Part shown: positions 1-8,489 of the stretch, piece by piece | Layout of the letters: every line of letters starts with the position of its first letter | Numbering within the stretch: the stretch's first letter is position 1 | From: Bacteroidales bacterium | GTDB taxonomy: Bacteria > Bacteroidota > Bacteroidia > Bacteroidales > F082 | Direction of reading: 5' to 3' | NCBI GenBank assembly: GCA_017537965.1 | Contig: JAFYJV010000021.1 | Location: 2,132-66,131, forward strand | DNA length: 64,000 nt | Notes under the pieces: model-generated | The model's database searches: none | What the model saw: the letters and a program-made list of their open reading frames with translations, nothing else | What the model was told of the DNA's origin: nothing | Program-made: the position numbers and the translations under genes

Positions 1-717
1 GGCTTCGGCCACCGCTTCTGGGTCATCGACGACAAGGCAACCATCGCCGAACTCGTTGAACTCTTCGCCACCAAGGTCCCGGCCATGTACATCGCCGACG
101 GTCACCACCGCAGCGCTGCTGCCGCCCTCGTCGGCCAAGAGAAAAAAGAGAAGAACCCTGCCCACACCGGCAAGGAGGAGTACAACTACTTCATGACCGT
201 CATCTTCCCTGACAACCAGCTGAACGTCATCGACTACAACCGCGTCGTCAAGGATTTGAATGGCTTAAGCAAAGACGAGTTCATTAAGGCCCTCGACAAG
301 ACCTACGTCGTCGAAGACATGGGCACCGAGATCTACAAGCCGGCTAAGCTTCACGAGCACAGCATGTACTTGGATGGTCACTGGTACAAGATGAGCGCAA
401 GACCTGGCACCTACGACGACAACGACCCCATCGGCGTTCTCGACGTGACCATCTTGAGCAACAACGTCTTGGACAACATCCTGGGCATCAAGGACCTCCG
501 TACCGACAAGCGTATCGACTTCGTTGGCGGTATCCGCGGCCTCGGCGAGCTGAAGCGTCGTGTTGACAATGGTGAAATGAAGGTTGCATTCGCAATGTAT
601 CCTGTTTCGATGAAGCAGATCATCGACATCGCCGACACTGGCAACATCATGCCTCCCAAGACCACTTGGTTTGAGCCGAAACTCAGATCAGGACTGGTGA
701 TACATACGCTGGATTGA
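1..717 (+). CDS. DUF1015 family protein (5' end outside window)
   Basis: Frame 1 is open from nt 1 (GFGHRFWVIDD...). ADGHHR motif and overall sequence are typical of DUF1015. The stop is followed by a hairpin terminator. Confidence 0.8.
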   Translation, partial: GFGHRFWVIDDKATIAELVELFATKVPAMYIADGHHRSAAAALVGQEKKEKNPAHTGKEEYNYFMTVIFPDNQLNVIDYNRVVKDLNGLSKDEFIKALDKTYVVEDMGTEIYKPAKLHEHSMYLDGHWYKMSARPGTYDDNDPIGVLDVTILSNNVLDNILGIKDLRTDKRIDFVGGIRGLGELKRRVDNGEMKVAFAMYPVSMKQIIDIADTGNIMPPKTTWFEPKLRSGLVIHTLD

Positions 718-738
718 TTCGGGCAGATGCCTAAAGAA

Positions 739-776
739 AAACCACGGGGCAAAAATTTGTTCCGTGGTTTTGTTTT
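739..776. terminator. Bidirectional rho-independent terminator
   Basis: AAACCACGG-N14-CCGTGGTTT with a T-run on the right and an A-run on the left. It lies between the DUF1015 stop and the distal end of the cassette array. Confidence 0.6.
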
Positions 777-779
777 ATA

Positions 780-803
780 CCCTCAATCCGTGTCGGGCGC
801 AAC
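780..803 (-). repeat. Array repeat copy 1 (orphan distal copy)
   Basis: CCCTCAATCCGTGTCGGGCGCAAC. It lies 9 nt beyond the stop of the last cassette gene. No ORF lies to its left before the terminator. Confidence 0.9.
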
Positions 804-812
804 TATTTGGGT

Positions 813-1865
813 TTATTCTCTTTTTTCTTTCTTCAACAAATCGACAATGAATTTAGTTGAAAGGTCCTTCAGCTTTACAGGATAGTCATTCCATGTGTCC
901 GCATAATCCGTCTCTTCTTTGCTGGTGGTTCGGGGCAGCAAAGAATATGTTTCCCACAGATGTCCCGTTTCGCGTGTAAATACTACTTTCCTGGCACAGC
1001 AGGTCTCCAGCCCTCCAATCAACTCCTCACGGCTCACATCCTCGCCTTTTTCATCAAGAATTGACTGCATCTTGCGGACATCGCTTCCGTTCAGATACCT
1101 GAATTCGGAAAGAATCCTGTGGTACTCTCCCGAAGCAAGATCCACATCCACGCTAACACCCAATTCAATAGGACCGTATGTTTTTCTCAAAGCCTCTTTT
1201 CCTTTAGGCACAAATTTTATAACCGGATACAACTTTTTGTTAAACAATTCGTCTTTCAGCGATTCAAACTCCTCTTCGGTGAGTGGTAGCGCAAACTCCA
1301 AAGGGTCAAAAAAGCCTCTCAACGACCTTCCCATTTGCCAATAATTCGCCACTAATCGCACATAGGGTCCTTCAACGGGTTGCTCAGTATTAGCAGTTTT
1401 GCTTCTCTCCATCAATGTCGATAGCAACAGGCGCAGTTTACATAATGAGCCATCTTTGGCGGTGACAACTTTTCGTAAATCATTTTCTTCAACCACTATC
1501 ACTTCAAGAGAATCACCCATGGCAATATACACATCAATGCGAGCCCAATGTAATACTACCTTTTTAAATGGTTCATGATTGTTCTTGATGAGAATCTCGT
1601 TTTCGATATAATCTATGAGATACCCTCGATTCTTTTTGACATAGGGAGCTCCATCGTTATTAGGAACTGATACGGGAATGGGAATCCGCATAGGGAACGT
1701 CTTTAGTCCATCTATGAACTTCTCTTCCAGCTCATAACAATTGTTCTTGACAGCGGCGTCTCCTTCATTGATGTCATATCCAATGAAATACTGGTAACCG
1801 AGAATCATCTCTGGTGTCACTACTTTGCCAAGTCTCTCCTCAAGGAACAATGTTGTTTCTTCCAT
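813..1865 (-). CDS. Cassette protein, 350 aa, no recognisable family
   Basis: Long ORF starting 9 nt after repeat copy 2. No signal peptide or TM segment seen. Confidence 0.8.
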   Translation of the reverse strand: MEETTLFLEERLGKVVTPEMILGYQYFIGYDINEGDAAVKNNCYELEEKFIDGLKTFPMRIPIPVSVPNNDGAPYVKKNRGYLIDYIENEILIKNNHEPFKKVVLHWARIDVYIAMGDSLEVIVVEENDLRKVVTAKDGSLCKLRLLLSTLMERSKTANTEQPVEGPYVRLVANYWQMGRSLRGFFDPLEFALPLTEEEFESLKDELFNKKLYPVIKFVPKGKEALRKTYGPIELGVSVDVDLASGEYHRILSEFRYLNGSDVRKMQSILDEKGEDVSREELIGGLETCCARKVVFTRETGHLWETYSLLPRTTSKEETDYADTWNDYPVKLKDLSTKFIVDLLKKEKRE

Positions 1866-1874
1866 CGTTTATTG

Positions 1875-1898
1875 CCCTCAATCCGTGTCGGGCGCAAC
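1875..1898 (-). repeat. Array repeat copy 2
   Basis: Identical core sequence, 9 nt upstream of the ATG at 1865. Confidence 0.9.
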
Positions 1899-1936
1899 TT
1901 CTACAAAACTCCTTTTACACTTGTCCGTTTGTATGA

Positions 1937-2383
1937 TCATTGGAGATGAATCTGACGCCATTTCTTTCCCTTTCTTACCTTAATAGAGTTGGGAGTTTCA
2001 ATTACGATTTCATCGTACTTATAAGGCACGACAATCTTGCCGCGACCATTTATAACCCCATACTTAGATTCATGAATTCTTCCAACTGGCACCCACTTTT
2101 CATCAATCACAAGTTCATCTGGCGCAATTTCTGTAATGGAGTATTCAACGTCATACGATTCCACATCCTCATTCACACAGCCGTTAAAGTGTACGGAACG
2201 TATAACACGTCGATAAAGTTTGCCATTCTTTTTAATAATCTCACAATCGCCCACCTCTGGTTCTTTATTACTATCAAATGACGATCCATACGACGACCAT
2301 CTCTTTGTGGGATAGCCTCTTGAATCACATCCTTCAAAATCATAATATTCGTGTCCTGGGTGGATTTCATATATTGTTCCCAT
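1937..2383 (-). CDS. Cassette protein, 148 aa, N-terminal YYD...CDxRGYP module plus WG-like repeat C-terminus
   Basis: The ORF-track start at 2449 reads through the repeat. The internal ATG at 2383 (MGTIYEIH...) has the same spacing to the repeat as the other cassettes. The C-terminus KYGVINGRGKIVVPYKYDEI resembles WG/KWG repeats. Confidence 0.75.
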   Translation of the reverse strand: MGTIYEIHPGHEYYDFEGCDSRGYPTKRWSSYGSSFDSNKEPEVGDCEIIKKNGKLYRRVIRSVHFNGCVNEDVESYDVEYSITEIAPDELVIDEKWVPVGRIHESKYGVINGRGKIVVPYKYDEIVIETPNSIKVRKGKKWRQIHLQ

Positions 2384-2393
2384 ATTCTCAATA

Positions 2394-2417
2394 CCCTCAA
2401 TCCGTGTCGGGCACAAC
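2394..2417 (-). repeat. Array repeat copy 3
   Basis: CCCTCAATCCGTGTCGGGCACAAC (one G to A change), 10 nt upstream of the ATG at 2383. Confidence 0.9.
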
Positions 2418-2421
2418 TTTT

Positions 2422-2859
2422 TTAGGTTAAATCCGTCAAGTATTGCCATGCTCGCAGGTATTTCCGAAGCCGTTTCACATCCTCGTCAGTAATTTCCTTT
2501 AAGCGACGAATGTCCATATTATCCTCTAAATCAGCCCTTTTCACTTCTTTGCCAATGGGATTTATCGAGGCACGACGTACAAATTCTTCATAGGTTTCCC
2601 CTTCATGTTTTGTCACAGATAATATTCCTTCGACAATTTCTTCAGGAAACCCTTGTTCTTGAAGATATTCTCCCGTTACATCAGTATCCTCTAGGGTGTC
2701 GTGCAACAATGCCACAATTTTTGCCTTCGGATCCTTGCATCGTTCAGCCACACGTATCGGATGCATCACATACTCACGGCCCAATTTGTCCTTTTGTCCC
2801 TCGTGTGCTCGGATAGCAATCTTAAGAGCAAGGTCAACTAATTCGCTATAGTCTTTCAT
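2422..2859 (-). CDS. HD-domain small alarmone hydrolase, (p)ppGpp/(p)ppApp hydrolase family (RelA/SpoT hydrolase-like)
   Basis: AHEGQKDKLGREYVMHPIRVA and LLHDTLEDT motifs match the SpoT/Mesh1-type HD hydrolase domain. It is a single domain of 145 aa and the second gene of the cassette behind repeat copy 4. Confidence 0.8.
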   Translation of the reverse strand: MKDYSELVDLALKIAIRAHEGQKDKLGREYVMHPIRVAERCKDPKAKIVALLHDTLEDTDVTGEYLQEQGFPEEIVEGILSVTKHEGETYEEFVRRASINPIGKEVKRADLEDNMDIRRLKEITDEDVKRLRKYLRAWQYLTDLT

Positions 2860-2872
2860 TTTATATTCTTAA

Positions 2873-3160
2873 CTAATGTGCATAATATCCGTGTCTTATA
2901 CCGTTATCATCCAAGAAATATTTAAGAGAGTCAAAATGAAAGCGTTCCTTTATAACCTTGAACAAACCTTCAATCGTATCAACTTTGAGCGCTTTCATCA
3001 GTTCATACACATCAACATTGAAAATGTCTCGTTCAATACTAGCGTCCTCCCAGCAACTGAATTCGCCATTTTCCACAGCAGCACCGTAACCATGGGAGAA
3101 TATCTCACTTTTATTTTGCAATTCCTTAACTTGAGACTTATCCTTTCCTTTTTCTTCCAT
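2873..3160 (-). CDS. Cassette protein, 95 aa, unknown
   Basis: ORF starts 9 nt after repeat copy 4 and lies 13 nt upstream of the HD hydrolase gene. Confidence 0.65.
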   Translation of the reverse strand: MEEKGKDKSQVKELQNKSEIFSHGYGAAVENGEFSCWEDASIERDIFNVDVYELMKALKVDTIEGLFKVIKERFHFDSLKYFLDDNGIRHGYYAH

Positions 3161-3169
3161 TCTTTCATA

Positions 3170-3193
3170 CCCTCAATCCGTGTCGGGCGCAAC
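3170..3193 (-). repeat. Array repeat copy 4
   Basis: Identical core sequence, 9 nt upstream of the ATG at 3160. Confidence 0.9.
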
Positions 3194-3203
3194 TGTTAAT
3201 TGC

Positions 3204-3584
3204 CTATTGATTAATACTATAATACCATATCCCAATAATGACCAACAAGTGCAGCAGTTGGTCGAATCCATAGAGCATCCAATAGGGCTTCTTCTGCTGG
3301 TCGGCCAGTAATGGAAAACGGGCTGTTAGAATGCCTTTGGTTGTATCGATAAGGAAATGCGAAACAAGTTCCGCGAGCATGAGGAGCAGCAAGAGTTTCC
3401 ACGGCACGCCAAAAACCAGCAGGCACACTCCCACCAGCAGCGAATGGATACCTGCATGAAGCAAGATTGGCCACGCCTTTCTCCCATCCGCCTTGGCCCG
3501 TATCATAGAGGGCGTGGTGAAGCAGAAATCGGCCAGATAGTGGCCTATCAACAAAAATATGAGCAAGACAGCATTCATATCCAT
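3204..3584 (-). CDS. DUF3307-like small membrane protein
   Basis: Multi-TM protein with HYLADF...HxL...SHFLIDxxK pattern typical of DUF3307. Start chosen at MDMNAVLL (3584). The longer ORF-track N-terminus overlaps the upstream gene. Confidence 0.65.
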   Translation of the reverse strand: MDMNAVLLIFLLIGHYLADFCFTTPSMIRAKADGRKAWPILLHAGIHSLLVGVCLLVFGVPWKLLLLLMLAELVSHFLIDTTKGILTARFPLLADQQKKPYWMLYGFDQLLHLLVIIGIWYYSINQ

Positions 3585-3676
3585 TGCTTTATCAGGTAGT
3601 CCATGTCGGGACACCTTCAGGCTATCCAGACCTACCAATGTATCAAGGTAAACCTTAGTGTTGATGTTCAAAGATT

Positions 3677-3883
3677 TCACCCTTCCCAATCCCGCCACTT
3701 GATTACCGTGTGTATCTCCGTTCCATCTGGACAATATTCAACAAAATCACCACCTGGATCAACGGACGTTTCATACTCTTCGCCTGTATATCTTATTTCT
3801 CTAATTGGATAGCCACGAGCATCGCATTGGCCTGAATCCATATCGTAGTACACTTCAGCTACTCGTACAATATATCTTCCCAT
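3677..3883 (-). CDS. Cassette protein, 68 aa, paralogous to the N-terminus of the 1937-2383 product
   Basis: MGRYIVRVAEVYYDMDSGQCDARGYP aligns with MGTIYEIHPGHEYYDFEGCDSRGYP. It starts 9 nt after repeat copy 5. Confidence 0.65.
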   Translation of the reverse strand: MGRYIVRVAEVYYDMDSGQCDARGYPIREIRYTGEEYETSVDPGGDFVEYCPDGTEIHTVIKWRDWEG

Positions 3884-3892
3884 GTTTTAATA

Positions 3893-3916
3893 CCCTCAAT
3901 CCGTGTCGGGCGCAAC
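3893..3916 (-). repeat. Array repeat copy 5
   Basis: Identical core sequence, 9 nt upstream of the ATG at 3883. Confidence 0.9.
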
Positions 3917-3974
3917 TTTTATTTATCTGATTGATTCCGTTTCTTATTCCCAGACGTATTGAATAGCTGAACCG

Positions 3975-5027
3975 CTACCATTTTTTTGTGGCAACTCTGT
4001 TATCTGATGATTCAATTTCTATCATAGCATTATGGATTTGTTTTTTAATTTCATCAACATTTTTCTCCTCGAAATAGTTTTTGATCCTTTCCATATCTTC
4101 TATAAACGAAGGCTTTCTTTCTATAATATCCCATGGTTTGGAGGCCCTAAGACTGATATCCCCCTGTCTCATCCCAATAATAGAATAATACGCTATATGA
4201 TGTTGATCAAGTTCAGTTAGACCGATTATCTTATCAAGCTTTTGATACATTTCATCCTCTTTGTCGTGGGAAAGTCGTTTGCGCGTTATCCATGAACAAC
4301 ACTCTTTCAATGCGCTATTGATTTCGGAGATTGCATCTGACAACCCCTTGTATTCTTTTCCTAAGATAGTGACACTCTCACTAAGACTGAAATGATCAGA
4401 AACACGAAGATCAAAACCCTCCTCGGATTTCAATTCCATAATCGCATCACGAAAATCCTGACAAGCAGCCATATCTATCAAATCAACGATATGTACATAA
4501 TCATCTGGCTCTGGAATATCGCCTACTGATACGCCTTCCACAATCACACTTGTATTGAATATCCTGCCTTGATATTCAAACCAATTGTGACCAGAACTTC
4601 GAATATCGACAGTCTCCCCTCTTTCCCTTGCATATTTTTCAATCTTACATGCCACTTCACCGACAAAACACTCTTCCTTCCAGTCATCCAACTTTTTATC
4701 ATAAAAATCATAACATTCCACTTTGACAGATTCGGTTTTAGTGGGCTCTTCTTCCACTTCCTCAACTTCATCATGATTTTGCGGATTTCTATAAACGTCT
4801 GTCTTGTCTTTCTTCAATTGCTGCACTTCCTCTTTTGTTTCAATCGCTTTTTCGTCCTTGATCTCCACCCCCTCATCCTCGGTGACGAGCATACTTGACG
4901 GACCGGGATTGGGAACATCGGTTTGGGAATCCTTTTCTCTTTTGTTCTTTATTCTTGCGGCAAAAACAACCATAATCGCAAACAAAACCGCCGCCGTGAT
5001 AAGTAATAACAATTCTATTGTATCCAT
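3975..5027 (-). CDS. Cassette protein, about 350 aa, N-terminal membrane anchor and acidic/lysine-rich linker
   Basis: ATG at 5027 (MDTIELLLLITAAVLFAIMVVFAA...). The ORF-track TTG start at 5042 lies inside the repeat. Confidence 0.8.
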   Translation of the reverse strand: MDTIELLLLITAAVLFAIMVVFAARIKNKREKDSQTDVPNPGPSSMLVTEDEGVEIKDEKAIETKEEVQQLKKDKTDVYRNPQNHDEVEEVEEEPTKTESVKVECYDFYDKKLDDWKEECFVGEVACKIEKYARERGETVDIRSSGHNWFEYQGRIFNTSVIVEGVSVGDIPEPDDYVHIVDLIDMAACQDFRDAIMELKSEEGFDLRVSDHFSLSESVTILGKEYKGLSDAISEINSALKECCSWITRKRLSHDKEDEMYQKLDKIIGLTELDQHHIAYYSIIGMRQGDISLRASKPWDIIERKPSFIEDMERIKNYFEEKNVDEIKKQIHNAMIEIESSDNRVATKKW

Positions 5028-5035
5028 ATTCCATA

Positions 5036-5059
5036 CCCTCAATCCGTGTCGGGCGCAAC
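5036..5059 (-). repeat. Array repeat copy 6
   Basis: Identical core sequence, 8 nt upstream of the ATG at 5027. Confidence 0.9.
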
Positions 5060-5066
5060 TGTTATA

Positions 5067-5870
5067 TTAATCATATTTTGATTTCAACTCAAGCAATGTC
5101 TTTGATTCTGGATGCCAACTAAGTCCAGACTTGATGTAGTCTTTTATCAGAGCTTCCTCGTCGCCACCAAACAAGGGCTTCCCCAAGGCGAGAGCCGCCT
5201 CAAACGCCCTGATGCAAATGACGTATGACCTTTCTGGAGGATTGGATCTCATCACTTTGTCCAAGCATTCATGAGCCCCCATCCAAGCTGTTTGGATCAA
5301 ACCTGGAATCGTGTTTTGCAAATCAAGCATCGACTCGCTATACTCAAGGACCAGAGGTGTCCTGTTCAATTCGCTGAAAAACGCCAAATCAGATCGTTTC
5401 GTGTTGCCAAAGGTCTGGGAACAAGCGCTGAAATCACCTTTGCGGTGTTGCGCTTCGAGCAGCAACAAATCTGGCATCATAGATGTGGGAAACTCCTCAT
5501 GGAACTTTTTCGCTTTCTGTTCCGCTTCTTCGTACTTTCCTTGCTTCAGCAGCGCATGTATTTCATCCCAAGTGTTTTCGTGAAAGATAAAGTCCCACCC
5601 CATTGTACCTAATTCTTGCTTGTCAAACAATGGCCACCGTCGGTTCTCTTCGGTGACTGTCTCAGGTTCTTCCTTTCTTGTCAACGGCTCTTTCTTCATT
5701 GGCTTCTCTTTTGTTTTCACAGACTCTTGCTTGACAGGAGTTGCCTTATCGACCTGCCGTTTATTAGGCTGTTTATCGCCTTTAGCATCCTTTACAATCT
5801 TACATATCGCTCCAATAATAGGAAGCAAAAAAGCCGCAATACCAATAGCAATGATCACAGTATAATCCAT
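5067..5870 (-). CDS. Cassette protein, 267 aa, N-terminal membrane anchor, K/E/P-rich linker, helical C-domain
   Basis: MDYTVIIAIGIAAFLLPIIGAIC... TM segment. It starts 9 nt after repeat copy 7. Confidence 0.8.
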   Translation of the reverse strand: MDYTVIIAIGIAAFLLPIIGAICKIVKDAKGDKQPNKRQVDKATPVKQESVKTKEKPMKKEPLTRKEEPETVTEENRRWPLFDKQELGTMGWDFIFHENTWDEIHALLKQGKYEEAEQKAKKFHEEFPTSMMPDLLLLEAQHRKGDFSACSQTFGNTKRSDLAFFSELNRTPLVLEYSESMLDLQNTIPGLIQTAWMGAHECLDKVMRSNPPERSYVICIRAFEAALALGKPLFGGDEEALIKDYIKSGLSWHPESKTLLELKSKYD

Positions 5871-5879
5871 AATTCATCA

Positions 5880-5903
5880 CCCTCAATCCGTGTCGGGCGC
5901 AAC
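5880..5903 (-). repeat. Array repeat copy 7
   Basis: Identical core sequence, 9 nt upstream of the ATG at 5870. Confidence 0.9.
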
Positions 5904-5912
5904 TTTTAGTTT

Positions 5913-6497
5913 TCAGCTAAAGATATCTAATCCCTTTAAAATCACGTAAATAATAGTCGTAAGCGCAGTAGCGGCTCCAACAGAAGTTAAAATCTTTTCT
6001 CCCAATCCCACACCGGATGGTAATCCAAAAACAACACAGACGGTTATTGCAATCGCCTCAAACACCACCCATAAACCACATATGATCCAAAAAGTTTTTG
6101 TTAATGACAAAGTTTTCGGCCATCCGATGCGTTCCAACGGCTTTCTGATGCGATCCAAAGTGGCATCCACCTTGTTGAAAAGCTCCTTTCTGCGGTAGGC
6201 TCTTGCTGCAGCTTTTTTCTGTTTGTCTGCTTTTTTGGATAACCTATTGTATTCCTTCCATGTAATTTTTTTAAGATCATAAAACACGTCCAAATCTAAC
6301 GTATCTTCGTATGTATAATGTTCAGATTCACTAGCCCGACATGTAAGGCGGTACGGAGACCCCTTAAAGACAACCGCGCCTTTTTCAAGACTTGAACTGA
6401 AATTCCATTCTTCATCTCTATCCAAAGGCCAATATTGTTTCTGAGCACCATCCTCTGGCACTATCCTATAATAACACGTTTCATAATATCTGTCCAT
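5913..6497 (-). CDS. Cassette protein, 194 aa, C-terminal double TM segment
   Basis: Starts 9 nt after repeat copy 8. Hydrophobic stretches are FWIICGLWVVFEAIAITVCVVFG and VGAATALTTIIYVIL. Confidence 0.8.
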   Translation of the reverse strand: MDRYYETCYYRIVPEDGAQKQYWPLDRDEEWNFSSSLEKGAVVFKGSPYRLTCRASESEHYTYEDTLDLDVFYDLKKITWKEYNRLSKKADKQKKAAARAYRRKELFNKVDATLDRIRKPLERIGWPKTLSLTKTFWIICGLWVVFEAIAITVCVVFGLPSGVGLGEKILTSVGAATALTTIIYVILKGLDIFS

Positions 6498-6506
6498 GGT
6501 TTAATG

Positions 6507-6530
6507 CCCTTAATCCGTGTCGGGCACAAC
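6507..6530 (-). repeat. Array repeat copy 8
   Basis: CCCTTAATCCGTGTCGGGCACAAC (two changes), 9 nt upstream of the ATG at 6497. Confidence 0.9.
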
Positions 6531-6557
6531 TTTTATTGTTAATAAACAATTAGGCTG

Positions 6558-8480
6558 CTATTTGTTTGTTTTCTCCTTGATTAGCGGAACTATCACTTCC
6601 TCAATAGCCTGTCTACTCAAGCGGTGCTCGCCATGGAAATGAACGACATTTTTGTAATGCTGCATGAAAATGTCCTCGCAGTTCACCGTGGTATCGTTGT
6701 CGGCGAAAAGACCATAGACGTTTTCTTTATCCTCTTTTGTAATGTCGTCAAATTGCCGCGCTTCCATGTCAACAAAGTGTTGGATGATTTCGGGCGTGAT
6801 GGTGAAGGTCTTTTCTCCATCACGGCGCGGGTTCAGGAACTCGTACGTACCTTCTTTCAACAAGTGCTGACCTGATTTCTTGAAAAGCCAGCTTAATAAC
6901 GTTTTCTTTCCAGCATCCTCAGTGACTTTCGACAGATAAAACGCCGGATTGATACAGATGCGCTTGTACACGCCCCATTCCTGCCCCATGTGTTCGTTGA
7001 GGACAATGTGTCGACATGCGTTTTGCGACATCATCGCCGCATACATGCCACCCATGCTGGTGCCCACGATCACTTCGGGTCTCAAGTTGGTGGATAGTCC
7101 TTTCAAAAATGGCAATGCCGTTGTTGGATCAATCGGAATGTCGGGAGCAAGGACAATCCAATCGGGCAACAATTCACGAAGTGTTTTCACCGTACTACCT
7201 TCTCCTGAAGAACCAAATCCATGGAAATAAAGCAACAACTTATCGCTTTCTTTGTCAGCTCTACTATATTCAATCCGTTTCTTTTCGAGGTAGGAACAAA
7301 AATCATCAAGCGAATTGTATCTTTGGTACCAGGCCACTTTAAAACGTTTTTTCATCATTTCAACAAAACCAGCCATAGTATTCACAGCATAAATCTCTTC
7401 GTGGCTTAAGAATGAAACCATGTCAACACCTGAAACTTCACAATAGCGGTGCTTTCCCGTGAGCCAATTCCATTTATGCTCTCGTAGACCCATCTTTCCG
7501 TCCAATATACTCAAGAACAGAATGTAGTTTCCGCCTGCACCACCCGTGTTCATTCTTATAGCTCCATTATAACCAGTCATCCAGGCACTGCATTCTCTTT
7601 TTTTATAATAGGTGGCAAAGGCGCTTTCAGGTATTCCCGATTTATAACGGTTAATGTCAGATACTGATTCAGGTATGACGGTTCCTTTGCATCCTACCAA
7701 AAGCTTATTTGTGGCAGTTTCAATAATGGCATTGCAATTGTCACGAGAATCAAATACTTTGTTTTGCTCATCCACGGTAATGGTTGTCAGACTGTCACAT
7801 CCATCAAAAAGATGCCATATAGTAGCACCTGATATTTCCTCCAATGAAGCAGGAAGATGTATGGACTTAAGGCTTTTGCAGTTTGTAAAAGCATTAGCAG
7901 CGATTCTCTTCACTGTTTCAGGAATATTTACCTTCTCCAAAGCCACACATCCATCAAATAGATCGTGAGGTATATCTTCCAAACCCGAGGGCAATATCAC
8001 TTCCTTCAGGCGAGTACAGTTCGCAAAACTTTCTTCCTTCAATTCTCTCACAGAGATGGGAATAGTGATACTTGAAATGGTAGCGTTGCCTTTGAAAGCA
8101 TCGGCATTTATGGCTACAACAGGCTTCGCACCGATCTCACAAGGAATCACTACAACCGCATTGCTGCCGATATACTTTATTATGGAGCAGGTACCCTCTT
8201 CGTGGTTTACCGCTAACCTGAAATCTTGTGTTGATACGACTTCGCCAATTCTCTTAACAGTTACTATCGCATATTCATCAACATCCGAACCACCATGTTC
8301 CTTTATCTCGCGAATGGTGAAATCCTCATGAACGCTGTCAATACGATAGGTTATTCCACCATTGAATGACAGCACATCGCCATATTCTGGGAGATGCCCC
8401 ATACTATAAAAGTCGGGTTTCAACTTTTGACCCGTATCTTTATCATAGTATTCGATATAATCATAGCTTTTGTGATACAT
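6558..8480 (-). CDS. Fusion protein: BspA-type leucine-rich repeats plus C-terminal alpha/beta-hydrolase (YqiA/UPF0227-like esterase)
   Basis: Repeated IPxSVxxIxxxAFxxCxxLxxI units (LRR_5 type). The C-terminal part has LLYFHGFGSSGEG and a GTSMGG nucleophile elbow. ATG at 8480 (MYHKSYDY). No signal peptide. Confidence 0.8.
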   Translation of the reverse strand: MYHKSYDYIEYYDKDTGQKLKPDFYSMGHLPEYGDVLSFNGGITYRIDSVHEDFTIREIKEHGGSDVDEYAIVTVKRIGEVVSTQDFRLAVNHEEGTCSIIKYIGSNAVVVIPCEIGAKPVVAINADAFKGNATISSITIPISVRELKEESFANCTRLKEVILPSGLEDIPHDLFDGCVALEKVNIPETVKRIAANAFTNCKSLKSIHLPASLEEISGATIWHLFDGCDSLTTITVDEQNKVFDSRDNCNAIIETATNKLLVGCKGTVIPESVSDINRYKSGIPESAFATYYKKRECSAWMTGYNGAIRMNTGGAGGNYILFLSILDGKMGLREHKWNWLTGKHRYCEVSGVDMVSFLSHEEIYAVNTMAGFVEMMKKRFKVAWYQRYNSLDDFCSYLEKKRIEYSRADKESDKLLLYFHGFGSSGEGSTVKTLRELLPDWIVLAPDIPIDPTTALPFLKGLSTNLRPEVIVGTSMGGMYAAMMSQNACRHIVLNEHMGQEWGVYKRICINPAFYLSKVTEDAGKKTLLSWLFKKSGQHLLKEGTYEFLNPRRDGEKTFTITPEIIQHFVDMEARQFDDITKEDKENVYGLFADNDTTVNCEDIFMQHYKNVVHFHGEHRLSRQAIEEVIVPLIKEKTNK

Positions 8481-8489
8481 TTCCCTATA

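Noticed and set aside
2998-3192. ORFs beginning MRPTRIEGM... (2998-3192 and 4873-5058), and the N-terminal extensions of 1937-2449, 3975-5042 and 6558-8561 that read through the repeat
   Set aside because: They start at a TTG inside the repeat or translate the repeat itself. In every cassette an ATG lies 8-10 nt past the repeat and gives a consistent gene model.
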